From contig CAZEQN010000002.1 of the NCBI GenBank assembly GCA_964514335.1, positions 1-34,053 on the forward strand: 34,053 nt of DNA, in the 5' to 3' direction. The position numbers and the translations under genes are program-made. Position 1 is the first letter of the stretch. Each line of letters begins with the position of its first letter. Shown in pieces: positions 1-9,823 of the stretch. Source of the DNA: an uncultured Anaerolineaceae bacterium (lineage in GTDB: Bacteria; Chloroflexota; Anaerolineae; Anaerolineales; UBA11579). The notes under the pieces were generated by a model, which searched no databases, had not been told where the DNA came from, and was given only the letters and a program-made list of their open reading frames with translations.

Positions 1-1340
1 GTGACTTCGACGAAGTCCTGCTGCCCTTCACCCCTGAGCAGGCTATCTTCGAAGCTGCCCGTTGCATCCATTGCCCCGACCCGGCCCCGTGTATGCGCGC
101 CTGCCCGGCCAATAATGACATCCCCTCAGCCATGTGGCTCATCGAGCAGGGCCGTTTTCTGGATGCCGCCGACCTCTACCGCCAGACCAGCAGCCTGCCG
201 GAAATCTGCGCCCGCGTCTGCCCGCATGAAGCCTTGTGCCAGGGTTCCTGCACCATGGGTAAGCACGGCCTGCCGGTTCAGACCGGCATGCTGGAACGCT
301 TTGCCACCGACTACCAGCGCTATGCTGGCGAACTCCTGATTGATGTCGCCGAACCCACCGGCCAGCGTGTCGCCATCGTCGGCGCCGGCCCCTCTGGCAT
401 CGCCTGCGCCGAGCAACTCGCCCGCCGCGGCCATGCCGTCACCCTCTTTGACTCCAAACCCCAGCCCGGCGGCCTGTTGCTCTATGGCATCCCGAACTTC
501 AAACTCGAAAAAGATGTCGTCCTCGCCCGCATGGATGACCTCTACCGCATGGGCGTCCAGTTCGTTGGCAATACCTTTATCGGCCGCGACAAAACCGTGG
601 ATGACCTCTTCAACGAAGGCTTTGATGCGGTTTACCTCGCCGTCGGTACCGGCGTGGATGCCCCCATGGGCATTGACGGCGAAGACCTGCCCGGCGTGTG
701 GAAGGGCACCGACTTCCTCATCCGCGCCAACGTCAGCCCGGCTTTCCTGCCCGCTGCCCTGCGCCAGGCCCCTGAAATCGGCCGCAAGGTGGTGGTCATC
801 GGCGGTGGCGATACCGCCAGCGATTGTCTGCGCACCGCTCTGCGCATGGGCGCTGAAGAAGTCACCTGCATCTACCGCCGCACCGAGAACGAAATGCCCG
901 GCAGTCGTAAGGACCGCAAGCTCGCCAAAGACGAGGGCGCCCACTACCAGTTCCTCACCCAGCCGGTGCACTTTATCAGCGGCCCGGATGGGCATCTGGC
1001 GGGCGTTGAGTGCATCCGCATGGAACTGGGCGAGCCGGATGCCAGCGGCCGCCGCCGCCCGGTGGCCGTGGCTGGCAGCGAATTCATCATCGAAGCCGAT
1101 ACCGCCATCCTTGCTCTCGGCTACTGGCCGGATGAAACCCTCGGCAAAACCACGCCCGACCTTACCACCCACAATTACGGTCTCATTCAGGCCGATTCCC
1201 TCACCGGCCAGACGTCCCGGCCGGGTGTATTCGCCGGGGGCGATGCCGTCACCGGGCCTGACCTGGTCGTTACCGCCATGGTCGCTGGCCGCCGCGCCGC
1301 CCAGGCGATACACAACTCCCTGCGAACAGGGGTGAACTGA
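1..1340 (+). CDS. GltD-family NAD(P)H-dependent Fe-S/FAD oxidoreductase (glutamate synthase small-subunit-like, NfnB/SudA-like); 5' end lies outside the window
   Basis: Frame 3 is open from nt 3 (DFDEVLLPFTPEQAIFEAARCIHCPDPAPCMRACP...), so the Met at 93 in the ORF track is internal. Two Cys clusters (CIHC..PC...CP and CARVCPHEALCQGSC) are followed by GAGPSG and GGGDTA dinucleotide-binding motifs typical of GltD-like proteins. Stop TGA at 1338-1340. Confidence 0.8.
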   Translation, partial: DFDEVLLPFTPEQAIFEAARCIHCPDPAPCMRACPANNDIPSAMWLIEQGRFLDAADLYRQTSSLPEICARVCPHEALCQGSCTMGKHGLPVQTGMLERFATDYQRYAGELLIDVAEPTGQRVAIVGAGPSGIACAEQLARRGHAVTLFDSKPQPGGLLLYGIPNFKLEKDVVLARMDDLYRMGVQFVGNTFIGRDKTVDDLFNEGFDAVYLAVGTGVDAPMGIDGEDLPGVWKGTDFLIRANVSPAFLPAALRQAPEIGRKVVVIGGGDTASDCLRTALRMGAEEVTCIYRRTENEMPGSRKDRKLAKDEGAHYQFLTQPVHFISGPDGHLAGVECIRMELGEPDASGRRRPVAVAGSEFIIEADTAILALGYWPDETLGKTTPDLTTHNYGLIQADSLTGQTSRPGVFAGGDAVTGPDLVVTAMVAGRRAAQAIHNSLRTGVN

Positions 1341-1413
1341 CACCGACGAAGCATCGCAGCCAACACCGCAGACGCCTCCCGACCGGTTCACCCAGGTTCA
1401 CTCCTTTTGGGTA

Positions 1414-1447
1414 GAGCGGCCCCGCGCAAGTGGGGTCGCTCGTTTTA
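1414..1447 (+). terminator. Candidate rho-independent terminator after the GltD-like gene
   Basis: Stem GAGCGGCCCC (1414-1423) pairs with GGGGTCGCTC (1432-1441), 10 bp including one G-U pair, with an 8-nt loop. It is followed by GTTTTA. Confidence 0.5.
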
Positions 1448-1464
1448 ACCGTGGAGCCGTTCTC

Positions 1465-1567
1465 ACTCCTTGTCATTCCGAGCGTTAGCGCCTGCCCTGA
1501 GCGCAGTCGAAGGGAGAAATCCCGTTCATGCCTTTCTTTCAGACCGGCTGACCGGAAAACAATCCCG
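1465..1567. repeat. Dispersed intergenic repeat, copy A (about 103 nt, carries an extra internal block relative to copy B)
   Basis: It shares three blocks with 5104-5180: ACT(C/T)CTTGTCATTCCGAGC (18/19), GAG(A/G)AATCCCG (10/11), and TTTCAGACCGGCTG (14/14) plus GGAAAACAA(T/A)CCCG (13/14). Copy A has about 26-30 extra nt (1484-1513) containing CCCTGAGCGCAGTCGAAGGG. Confidence 0.8.
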
Positions 1568-1641
1568 GCTCACGACCTTTCCTTATACACTCATGTACCA
1601 CTGCCAGACCATCACACCCACACATCGGCTAAAATAGCCCC

Positions 1642-2634
1642 ATGCACACCAACTGGGGCCTGCTCGGCCATGAATGGGCGGTAGACCTGCTGCGCCAGCA
1701 CGTCATCCACGGGCCGCGCCACGCCTACCTCTTCACCGGCCCGGCCGGGGTAGGGCGGCGCACCCTCGCTTTGCGTTTTGCCCAGGCCCTCAACGCCGAT
1801 CATCCACCGGCCCCCGGCGAATTTGACCCCGCCAGCCGCACCAGCCAGCAACTGGAGCGCATGCAACACGCCGACTTGAGCGTGGTGCAGGTCGCCGAAG
1901 ATGCCCGCGAAATCAAAATCGAACAGATCCGTGACCTTGGCCGCGGCCTCGCCCTCGCCCCCTACATGGCCGCCTGGAAAATCGCCCTCTTATTAAATCT
2001 GGAACAATCCACCGAGAGCGCCCAGAACGCCCTCCTGAAAACGCTGGAGGAACCACCGGCGCGCGTCATCCTGCTGCTCACCGCTGAAAGCGCCGAAGCC
2101 CTGCTGCCCACCATCGTTTCGCGCTGTGAAACCCTGCGCCTGCGCCCGCTCGGCCTGGCCGAAACCGCCGCGGGCCTGCACACCCGGTTTGGCCTCCCCG
2201 CAGACCAGGCCGACCTCCTCGCCCACATCTCCGGCGGGCGGCCGGGCGCGGCCCTGCGCCTGCATGCCCAGCCCGAAACCCTCGCCCAGCGCGCCGCCTG
2301 GCTGGATGACCTGGCCGAATTGCTGGCCGCCGGGGTCGTCACCCGTTTTGCCTATGTCGAGAAACTAAGCAAAGACAAGCCCGCCCTCCTCGGCGCGCTG
2401 GAAGTGTGGCTGTCCTACTGGCGCGATGTGATGCTGCGTGCTGGGGGCGCGGCGGCCCCGCTCGCCAACCCGGACCGCGCCGAAGAAATTGAAGGCTGGG
2501 CGGCTGCTCTCGGGCTGGCCAGGGCGTGCCAGGTGGCGGCCCGCGTCGCTCACAGCGCCGACCTCCTGCAATCCACCAACACCAACCCGCGCCTGGTGGC
2601 GGAAGTCCTGTTCATGGATTTTCCAGCCGCCTAA
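1642..2634 (+). CDS. holB: DNA polymerase III delta' subunit (clamp-loader AAA+ subunit)
   Basis: The N-terminus is GHEWAVDLLRQHVIHGPRHAYLFTGPAGVGRRTLALRFAQALN, a degenerate P-loop typical of delta'. Downstream motifs are NALLKTLEEPP (sensor-1 region) and TIVSRC (SRC motif). Length is 330 aa. Confidence 0.85.
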   Translation: MHTNWGLLGHEWAVDLLRQHVIHGPRHAYLFTGPAGVGRRTLALRFAQALNADHPPAPGEFDPASRTSQQLERMQHADLSVVQVAEDAREIKIEQIRDLGRGLALAPYMAAWKIALLLNLEQSTESAQNALLKTLEEPPARVILLLTAESAEALLPTIVSRCETLRLRPLGLAETAAGLHTRFGLPADQADLLAHISGGRPGAALRLHAQPETLAQRAAWLDDLAELLAAGVVTRFAYVEKLSKDKPALLGALEVWLSYWRDVMLRAGGAAAPLANPDRAEEIEGWAAALGLARACQVAARVAHSADLLQSTNTNPRLVAEVLFMDFPAA

Positions 2635-2779
2635 CTGGCAGCAACCGTTCGCGCATTTGACATTCTCCCGGACTATTTTGGTCTTTAGTCTCGGTCTTGG
2701 TATCATCGCAAGCGAATTTGGCCTTAATTCTGGAATTGGCCCGTCATCACTGGCGGAGTCTTCAACCAAGGAAAATCGA

Positions 2780-5029
<2,250 letters not shown>

Positions 5030-5103
5030 CCAATGAGCCAAATTCCCTCACGCTTCAAATAATAAAAGCAGGAAATAGAATTGAGCGACTGGAAACGTAT
5101 CAA

Positions 5104-5180
5104 ACTTCTTGTCATTCCGAGCAAAGCGAGGAATCCCGGCCAATCTCCTTTTCAGACCGGCTGGTAGGAAAACAAACCCG
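5104..5180. repeat. Dispersed intergenic repeat, copy B (about 77 nt core form)
   Basis: See copy A. The sequence is ACTTCTTGTCATTCCGAGCAAAGCGAGGAATCCCGG...TTTCAGACCGGCTGGTAGGAAAACAAACCCG. It lies between the uvrA-like stop and the nuo promoter. Confidence 0.8.
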
Positions 5181-5255
5181 CCGAAGCAATCCCCCGCATT
5201 TTTCCGCCCCTGCCGCGCCCCCATTCCTCTGATAATACGACCGACTTTGTGAAAA

Positions 5256-5284
5256 TTGACACCTATGCTTTCGGGTGTTATACT
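5256..5284 (+). promoter_or_regulatory. Sigma70-type promoter of the nuo operon
   Basis: TTGACA (5256-5261), a 17-nt spacer, then TATACT (5279-5284) preceded by TGT (extended -10). It sits about 80 nt upstream of the nuoA ATG. Confidence 0.6.
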
Positions 5285-5363
5285 AAATCGGCTGCGTCCC
5301 GCCGAAAAGCTGGGCGCGCCCCGAATTGGCTTGCCCAATTCCATCCCACCGAACGGGTGCCGC

Positions 5364-5747
5364 ATGCCTGAAAATCTGCTCATCGAATATTGGCCGATCC
5401 TCATCCTGCTGGTCGTTTCCACTGCCATCGCCGGGATTGCGGTCATCGGCGGCACCCTGTTGGGGCCGCGCAGCCGCACCACCCGCAAATCCGAACCCTA
5501 CGAATCCGGCATGCGCGCCATCGGCCCCGGCACCCGCCAGATGCCGGTGCGCTTCTACCTGATTGCCGTTCTCTTCATCCTCTTTGATATCGAAGTCATC
5601 TTCTTCCTGCCCTGGGCCGTGGCCTTCCGTGAATACTACGAAAACGGCCTCGGCGTTTTCATTCTGGCAGAAATGGCCGTCTTCATCATCATCTTACTGG
5701 TAGGCTACGCCTACGCGTGGAGAAAAGGAGCCCTCGAATGGGAATAG
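5364..5747 (+). CDS. nuoA: NADH-quinone oxidoreductase subunit A
   Basis: I start at ATG 5364 ([16 protein letters not shown]...). The protein has three TM segments and the conserved block PYESGM...[23 protein letters not shown]. It is first in the conserved nuo gene order. The ORF-track start at 5256 overlaps the promoter. Confidence 0.9.
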   Translation: MPENLLIEYWPILILLVVSTAIAGIAVIGGTLLGPRSRTTRKSEPYESGMRAIGPGTRQMPVRFYLIAVLFILFDIEVIFFLPWAVAFREYYENGLGVFILAEMAVFIIILLVGYAYAWRKGALEWE

Positions 5748-6220
5748 AGCAGAAACTGGGCGATATGGGCGTCATCACCGCCCGCCTGGAAGATGCCGTC
5801 AACTGGGGGCGCACCCGCGCCATGTGGCCGATGCTCTTTGGCCTCGCCTGCTGCGCCATTGAAATGATGTCCTCCCAGGCCGCCAACTATGACATGAGCC
5901 GTTTCGGTATGGAACTCATGCGCCCCAGCCCGCGCCAGGCCGACCTGATGATTGTGGCGGGCCGCGTCTCTCGCAAGATGGCTCCCGTCCTGCGCCGCCT
6001 CTACGACCAGATGCCCGAACCCAAATGGGTCGTGGCGATGGGCGACTGCGCCTCCTGCGGCGGCGTCTTCAACAACTACGCCATCGTGCAGGGCGTGGAT
6101 GAAATCGTCCCGGTGGATGTGTACGTGGGCGGTTGCCCGCCCCGCCCGGAAGCCCTCATTCACGGCATCATGACCCTGCATGAAAAGGTCAAGACCGAAA
6201 CCTTCAAGGACTACGCCTAA
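5738..6220 (+). CDS. nuoB: NADH-quinone oxidoreductase subunit B (N2 4Fe-4S)
   Basis: ATG 5738 is preceded by AAAAGGAG (5723-5730) and overlaps the nuoA stop by 10 nt. Motifs present are [18 protein letters not shown] and GCPPRPE. Confidence 0.92.
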   Translation: MGIEQKLGDMGVITARLEDAVNWGRTRAMWPMLFGLACCAIEMMSSQAANYDMSRFGMELMRPSPRQADLMIVAGRVSRKMAPVLRRLYDQMPEPKWVVAMGDCASCGGVFNNYAIVQGVDEIVPVDVYVGGCPPRPEALIHGIMTLHEKVKTETFKDYA

Positions 6221-6250
6221 CTTTCACCCGTCAGGGTTGGGGTTCTCGCC

Positions 6251-6751
6251 ATGAACAAAACGCTCGAAAAAATCGCCGCTGAACTCGGCCTGCCCGCCCA
6301 CGAATACGCCGGGCAGGTCAGCCTCACCGCCGCGCCCGAAGCCATCGTGGAAGTCGCCACGGCCCTCAAAAAGAAGCACAAGTTTGAAATGCTGGCTTCC
6401 CAGACCGCCGTGGACTACTGGCCCCAGACCGAGCCGCGCTACCATATCGTTTATCAGTTCACCTCGGTCAGCAAAAAACTGCGCCTGGAAGTGCGCGTGC
6501 CGCTGGCGGGCAACGACCCCGAAATGCCCAGCATCCATGAGGTCTACCCCAACGCCAACTGGTACGAGCGCGAACTGTTTGACATGTTCGGCATTCGCTT
6601 CAGCAATCACCCCGACCTGCGCCGTATCCTGATGCCCTTTGACTGGCAGGGCCACCCCCTCCGCAAAGACTACCCCCTCGGCTATGAAGAAGTCGAGTTC
6701 AGTTTCAACTTTGAAGAAATCGAACTGCGCAAGCCGCGGCCGAAGGAATAG
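6251..6751 (+). CDS. nuoC: NADH-quinone oxidoreductase subunit C
   Basis: It has the NWYERELFDMFGIRF motif and the expected size (166 aa). It sits between nuoB and nuoD and is not fused to nuoD. Confidence 0.9.
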   Translation: MNKTLEKIAAELGLPAHEYAGQVSLTAAPEAIVEVATALKKKHKFEMLASQTAVDYWPQTEPRYHIVYQFTSVSKKLRLEVRVPLAGNDPEMPSIHEVYPNANWYERELFDMFGIRFSNHPDLRRILMPFDWQGHPLRKDYPLGYEEVEFSFNFEEIELRKPRPKE

Positions 6752-6786
6752 CCGCCGCCTGACCCTTTGAGACCGACGAGACGCTT

Positions 6787-8022
6787 ATGACCCTCCAACC
6801 TGTAATGGAAGTCACCGTAAACGACCTCAAGCACCTGCTCTCTGACCGGGCAGCCGAGGGCGAAACGATGCTGCTGAACATGGGGCCCCAGCACCCCAGC
6901 ACCCACGGCGTTCTGCGCCTGCTGCTGGAACTGGATGGCGAAACCATCGTCAGTTGCATCCCGGATATCGGGTTTCTGCACACCGGCATCGAGAAGAACA
7001 TGGAGGCCAAGACCTACCTCAAGGCCGAAGTGATGACCGACCGCCTGGACTACCTGAACACCACCGGCAACAACCTCGCCTATGTCATGGCGATTGAAAA
7101 GCTGGTCGGGTTGGATGTGCCCCCCCGCGCCGAGATGCTGCGCGTCATTATCGTCGAGTTGCAGCGCATCGCCTCGCACCTCGTCTGGTTGGGCACCCAC
7201 GGCCTCGACCTGGCCGCCATGTCCATCTTCCTGTACTGCTTCCGTGAGCGCGAGATGATTCTTGACATCCTCGAGATGTGCTCCGGCCAGCGCATGATGA
7301 CCACCTACTTCCGCCCCGGCGGCCTGTGGCGCGACACCCCGGTTGAGTTTGAAGACGCGGTGCGCGGCTTCCTCAAAATCTTCCCCAAGCGCATTGATGA
7401 ATACGAAGCCCTGCTCACCAAAAACCCGATTTTTATTGACCGCACGGTGGGCATCGGCGTCCTGCCCAAAGACAAAGCCCTCGAATGGGGTCTCACCGGC
7501 GGTACCCTGCGCGGCTCCGGCGTGAATTACGACATCCGCAAGGCCTTCCCCTACGCCGGTTACGAAACCTACGACTTTGACATCCCGGTTGAAGAAGCTG
7601 GCGATGTTTATGCCCGCTATCTCGTGCGCATGCGCGAACTGCGCGAATCGGTCAAGATTATTCAGCAGGCGATGGACCGCCTGCCCTACGGCCCGGTGCG
7701 CAGCGCCAACCGCAAATTCGTGCCCCCGCCGCGCTCCGAACTCGGCCACAGCATGGAAGCCGTCATCCATCATTTCAAACTGTGGACGGAAGGCTTCGAG
7801 GCCCCCAAAGCCTCGGTCTATGTGCCGGTCGAGTCGCCGCGTGGCGAGTTGGGCGTCTTCCTCGAAGGCGATGGCGGCCCCAAGCCCTATCGTGTCCACT
7901 TCCGCACCCCCTCTTTCACCAACCTGCAAGCCCTGCCGTGGCTGGCCGAAGGCCATTACGTCGCCGACCTGGTCGCCATCATCGGCAGCATTGACATCGT
8001 ATTGGGAGACGTAGACCGGTGA
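6787..8022 (+). CDS. nuoD: NADH-quinone oxidoreductase subunit D
   Basis: Motifs are NMGPQHPSTHGVLRL, RIASHL and the C-terminal DIVLGDVDR; length is 411 aa. The exact start is uncertain (6787 versus an in-frame ATG at 6805) because the SD is weak. Confidence 0.9.
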   Translation: MTLQPVMEVTVNDLKHLLSDRAAEGETMLLNMGPQHPSTHGVLRLLLELDGETIVSCIPDIGFLHTGIEKNMEAKTYLKAEVMTDRLDYLNTTGNNLAYVMAIEKLVGLDVPPRAEMLRVIIVELQRIASHLVWLGTHGLDLAAMSIFLYCFREREMILDILEMCSGQRMMTTYFRPGGLWRDTPVEFEDAVRGFLKIFPKRIDEYEALLTKNPIFIDRTVGIGVLPKDKALEWGLTGGTLRGSGVNYDIRKAFPYAGYETYDFDIPVEEAGDVYARYLVRMRELRESVKIIQQAMDRLPYGPVRSANRKFVPPPRSELGHSMEAVIHHFKLWTEGFEAPKASVYVPVESPRGELGVFLEGDGGPKPYRVHFRTPSFTNLQALPWLAEGHYVADLVAIIGSIDIVLGDVDR

Positions 8023-8528
8023 ACGCCCTGCAAACCAAATACGCCCGCGACATTCAGGCCATTCTCGCCAAATACCCGGACGACCAGAAACGCTCGGCCG
8101 TCATGCCTTTGCTCTACGTTGCCCAGCGTGAAGGCGGCCATGTCAGCCGTCAGGACCTGGCCGACATCGCCGAAATCATCGGCGTCACCCCCACCGAGGT
8201 CGCCTCCATTGTCGGCTTCTACACCCTCTATCACGATGCGCCTGCTGGCAAGAACCGCATGCAGGTTTGCAACGACCTGCCGTGCGCCATGCGCGGGGCG
8301 GATGCCTTCCTGCAAGGGTTGTGTGAGAACCTCGGCATTGAAGTCGGCGGTACTACTGCTGACGGTATGGTCACAGTCGAAGCCGTGATGTGTCTGGCCG
8401 CTTGCGACAAGGCCCCCATGTTCCAGGTGCAGGATTACCAGAACATCACCTATCACGAAAATCAAACTGTAGCGAGCGCCGTGGCGCTGGTGGAAAAATG
8501 GCGCAAGGCGGAGGCGAAGAAAAAATGA
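8019..8528 (+). CDS. nuoE: NADH-quinone oxidoreductase subunit E (2Fe-2S N1a)
   Basis: The GTG start overlaps the nuoD stop (GTGA). The Cys pattern VCNDLPC ... CLAAC is the CxxxxC...CxxxC 2Fe-2S site. Confidence 0.9.
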   Translation: MNALQTKYARDIQAILAKYPDDQKRSAVMPLLYVAQREGGHVSRQDLADIAEIIGVTPTEVASIVGFYTLYHDAPAGKNRMQVCNDLPCAMRGADAFLQGLCENLGIEVGGTTADGMVTVEAVMCLAACDKAPMFQVQDYQNITYHENQTVASAVALVEKWRKAEAKKK

Positions 8529-9823
8529 GTACCGTCAAAGGCTCTCACATCCTCCTGCGCCACCGCGACAACCCGGCCCTCACCACCTATGAAGGCTACG
8601 TCAAGGATGGCGGTTTCAAAGCCTGGAAACAGGCCGTCACCAAAATGGCCCCCGAAGCCGTGGTCAACGAAGTCTTTGACTCCGGCCTGCGCGGGCGCGG
8701 CGGCGCCGGTTTCCCCACCGGTCTCAAGTGGCGCTTCATTGATAAAAACAACTGGCCGCACTATGTGGTCGTCAATGCCGATGAATCCGAACCCGGCACC
8801 TTCAAAGACCGCGAAATCATGGAAATGAACCCCTACCAGTTCCTGGAAGGGGTGATGCTCACCGCCTACGCCGTCAATGCCAACCGCGCCTACATTTACC
8901 TGCGCGGCGAATTCTGGCAGTTGGCGGCCGAACTGGATAAGCACATTGCCCGCCTGCGCAAAGAGAAGCACCTGGGCAAGAAGCTGTTCGGCAAGGATTA
9001 CGAGCTGGAACTCTACACCCACCTTGGCGCCGGCGCCTACATCTGCGGCGAAGAAACCGCCCTGCTCGAATCGCTGGAAGGCAAGCTCGGCCAGCCGCGT
9101 CTGCGTCCGCCCTTCCCGCCCACGGTTGGCCTGTATGGCAAACCCACCATCGTCAACAATGTCGAGACCCTCGCCAACGTGCCCCTGATTATCGAAAAAG
9201 GCGCCAAGTGGTATCGTTCCTTCGGCACCGAGAAAAGCCCCGGCACCAAGATTTTCAGCCTTTCCGGTTGTGTTGCCAAACCCGGCAACTACGAACTGCC
9301 GCTCGGCACCACTTACGGCGAGCTCATCATGCAGCACGGCGGCGGCATCGTCAACGGCGGCAAAATCAAAGCCATCATGTCCGCTGGCGCTTCTTCCTCC
9401 CTGATTGTCGCCAACGACAAAGCTCTCGCCACCCCGATGGATTATGAAAGCGTCCCCAGCCTCGGCGCCCAGTTGGGCTCGGCCTCCATCATCGTCATTG
9501 ATGAAACCGTTGACCTCAAATGGCTGGTGGATAAGACCGTCCACTTCTTCAAACACGAATCCTGTGGCAAGTGCACCCCCTGCCGCGAAGGCACCTACTG
9601 GATGCAGAACATCACCCACCGTCTGCTGCACGGCGAAGCCGAACAAAAGGATGTGGACCTGCTCAAGGATGTGGCGATGAACATGAAGGGCAAATGCCTG
9701 TGCGCCCTCGGCGAGTTCGCCACCGAAGCGGTCGTATCTTCCATTGAGCGCTTCCCCAAAGACTTCAAACTCAAGGCCGGGGCCAAAACCGTCGCCGGTG
9801 AACTGAAGGTGACGCATGACTGA
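8525..9823 (+). CDS. nuoF: NADH-quinone oxidoreductase subunit F (FMN/NADH site, N3)
   Basis: The start is ATG 8525, in an ATGA overlap with the nuoE stop. Motifs are GRGGAGFPTG, NADESEPGTFKDR and ESCGKCTPCREG. The ORF-track start at 8390 lies inside nuoE in another frame. Confidence 0.92.
   Translation: MSTVKGSHILLRHRDNPALTTYEGYVKDGGFKAWKQAVTKMAPEAVVNEVFDSGLRGRGGAGFPTGLKWRFIDKNNWPHYVVVNADESEPGTFKDREIMEMNPYQFLEGVMLTAYAVNANRAYIYLRGEFWQLAAELDKHIARLRKEKHLGKKLFGKDYELELYTHLGAGAYICGEETALLESLEGKLGQPRLRPPFPPTVGLYGKPTIVNNVETLANVPLIIEKGAKWYRSFGTEKSPGTKIFSLSGCVAKPGNYELPLGTTYGELIMQHGGGIVNGGKIKAIMSAGASSSLIVANDKALATPMDYESVPSLGAQLGSASIIVIDETVDLKWLVDKTVHFFKHESCGKCTPCREGTYWMQNITHRLLHGEAEQKDVDLLKDVAMNMKGKCLCALGEFATEAVVSSIERFPKDFKLKAGAKTVAGELKVTHD

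Noticed and set aside
1430-1684. An 84-aa ORF (..VIPSVSACPERSRRE..), plus the 146-aa minus-strand ORF at 5048-5488.
   Set aside because: Both are read-throughs of the dispersed intergenic repeat and promoter regions. They have no RBS and overlap real gene starts.
2641-2662. A possible LexA/Cheo-type SOS box (GCAACCGTTCGC) and a TTGACA hexamer upstream of the uvrA-like gene.
   Set aside because: The sequence does not fit GAAC-N4-GTTC or CTGT-N8-ACAG. The TTGACA has no -10 at 16-19 bp. The only plausible -10 (TGGTATCAT, 2698-2706) has a poor -35, so I do not call a promoter or SOS regulation.
2438-2779. The N-terminal extension of the uvrA-like ORF proposed by the ORF track. Analogous extensions occur at 5256 (nuoA), 5717 (nuoB), 8390 (nuoF), 20847 (merR), 25938 (HExxH protein), 26639 (rpoB), 30865 (rpsL) and 31347 (rpsG).
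   Set aside because: In each case a downstream start gives the conserved family N-terminus and has a proper SD. The extensions overlap upstream genes, promoters or operators and encode Pro/Arg/Ala-rich junk.
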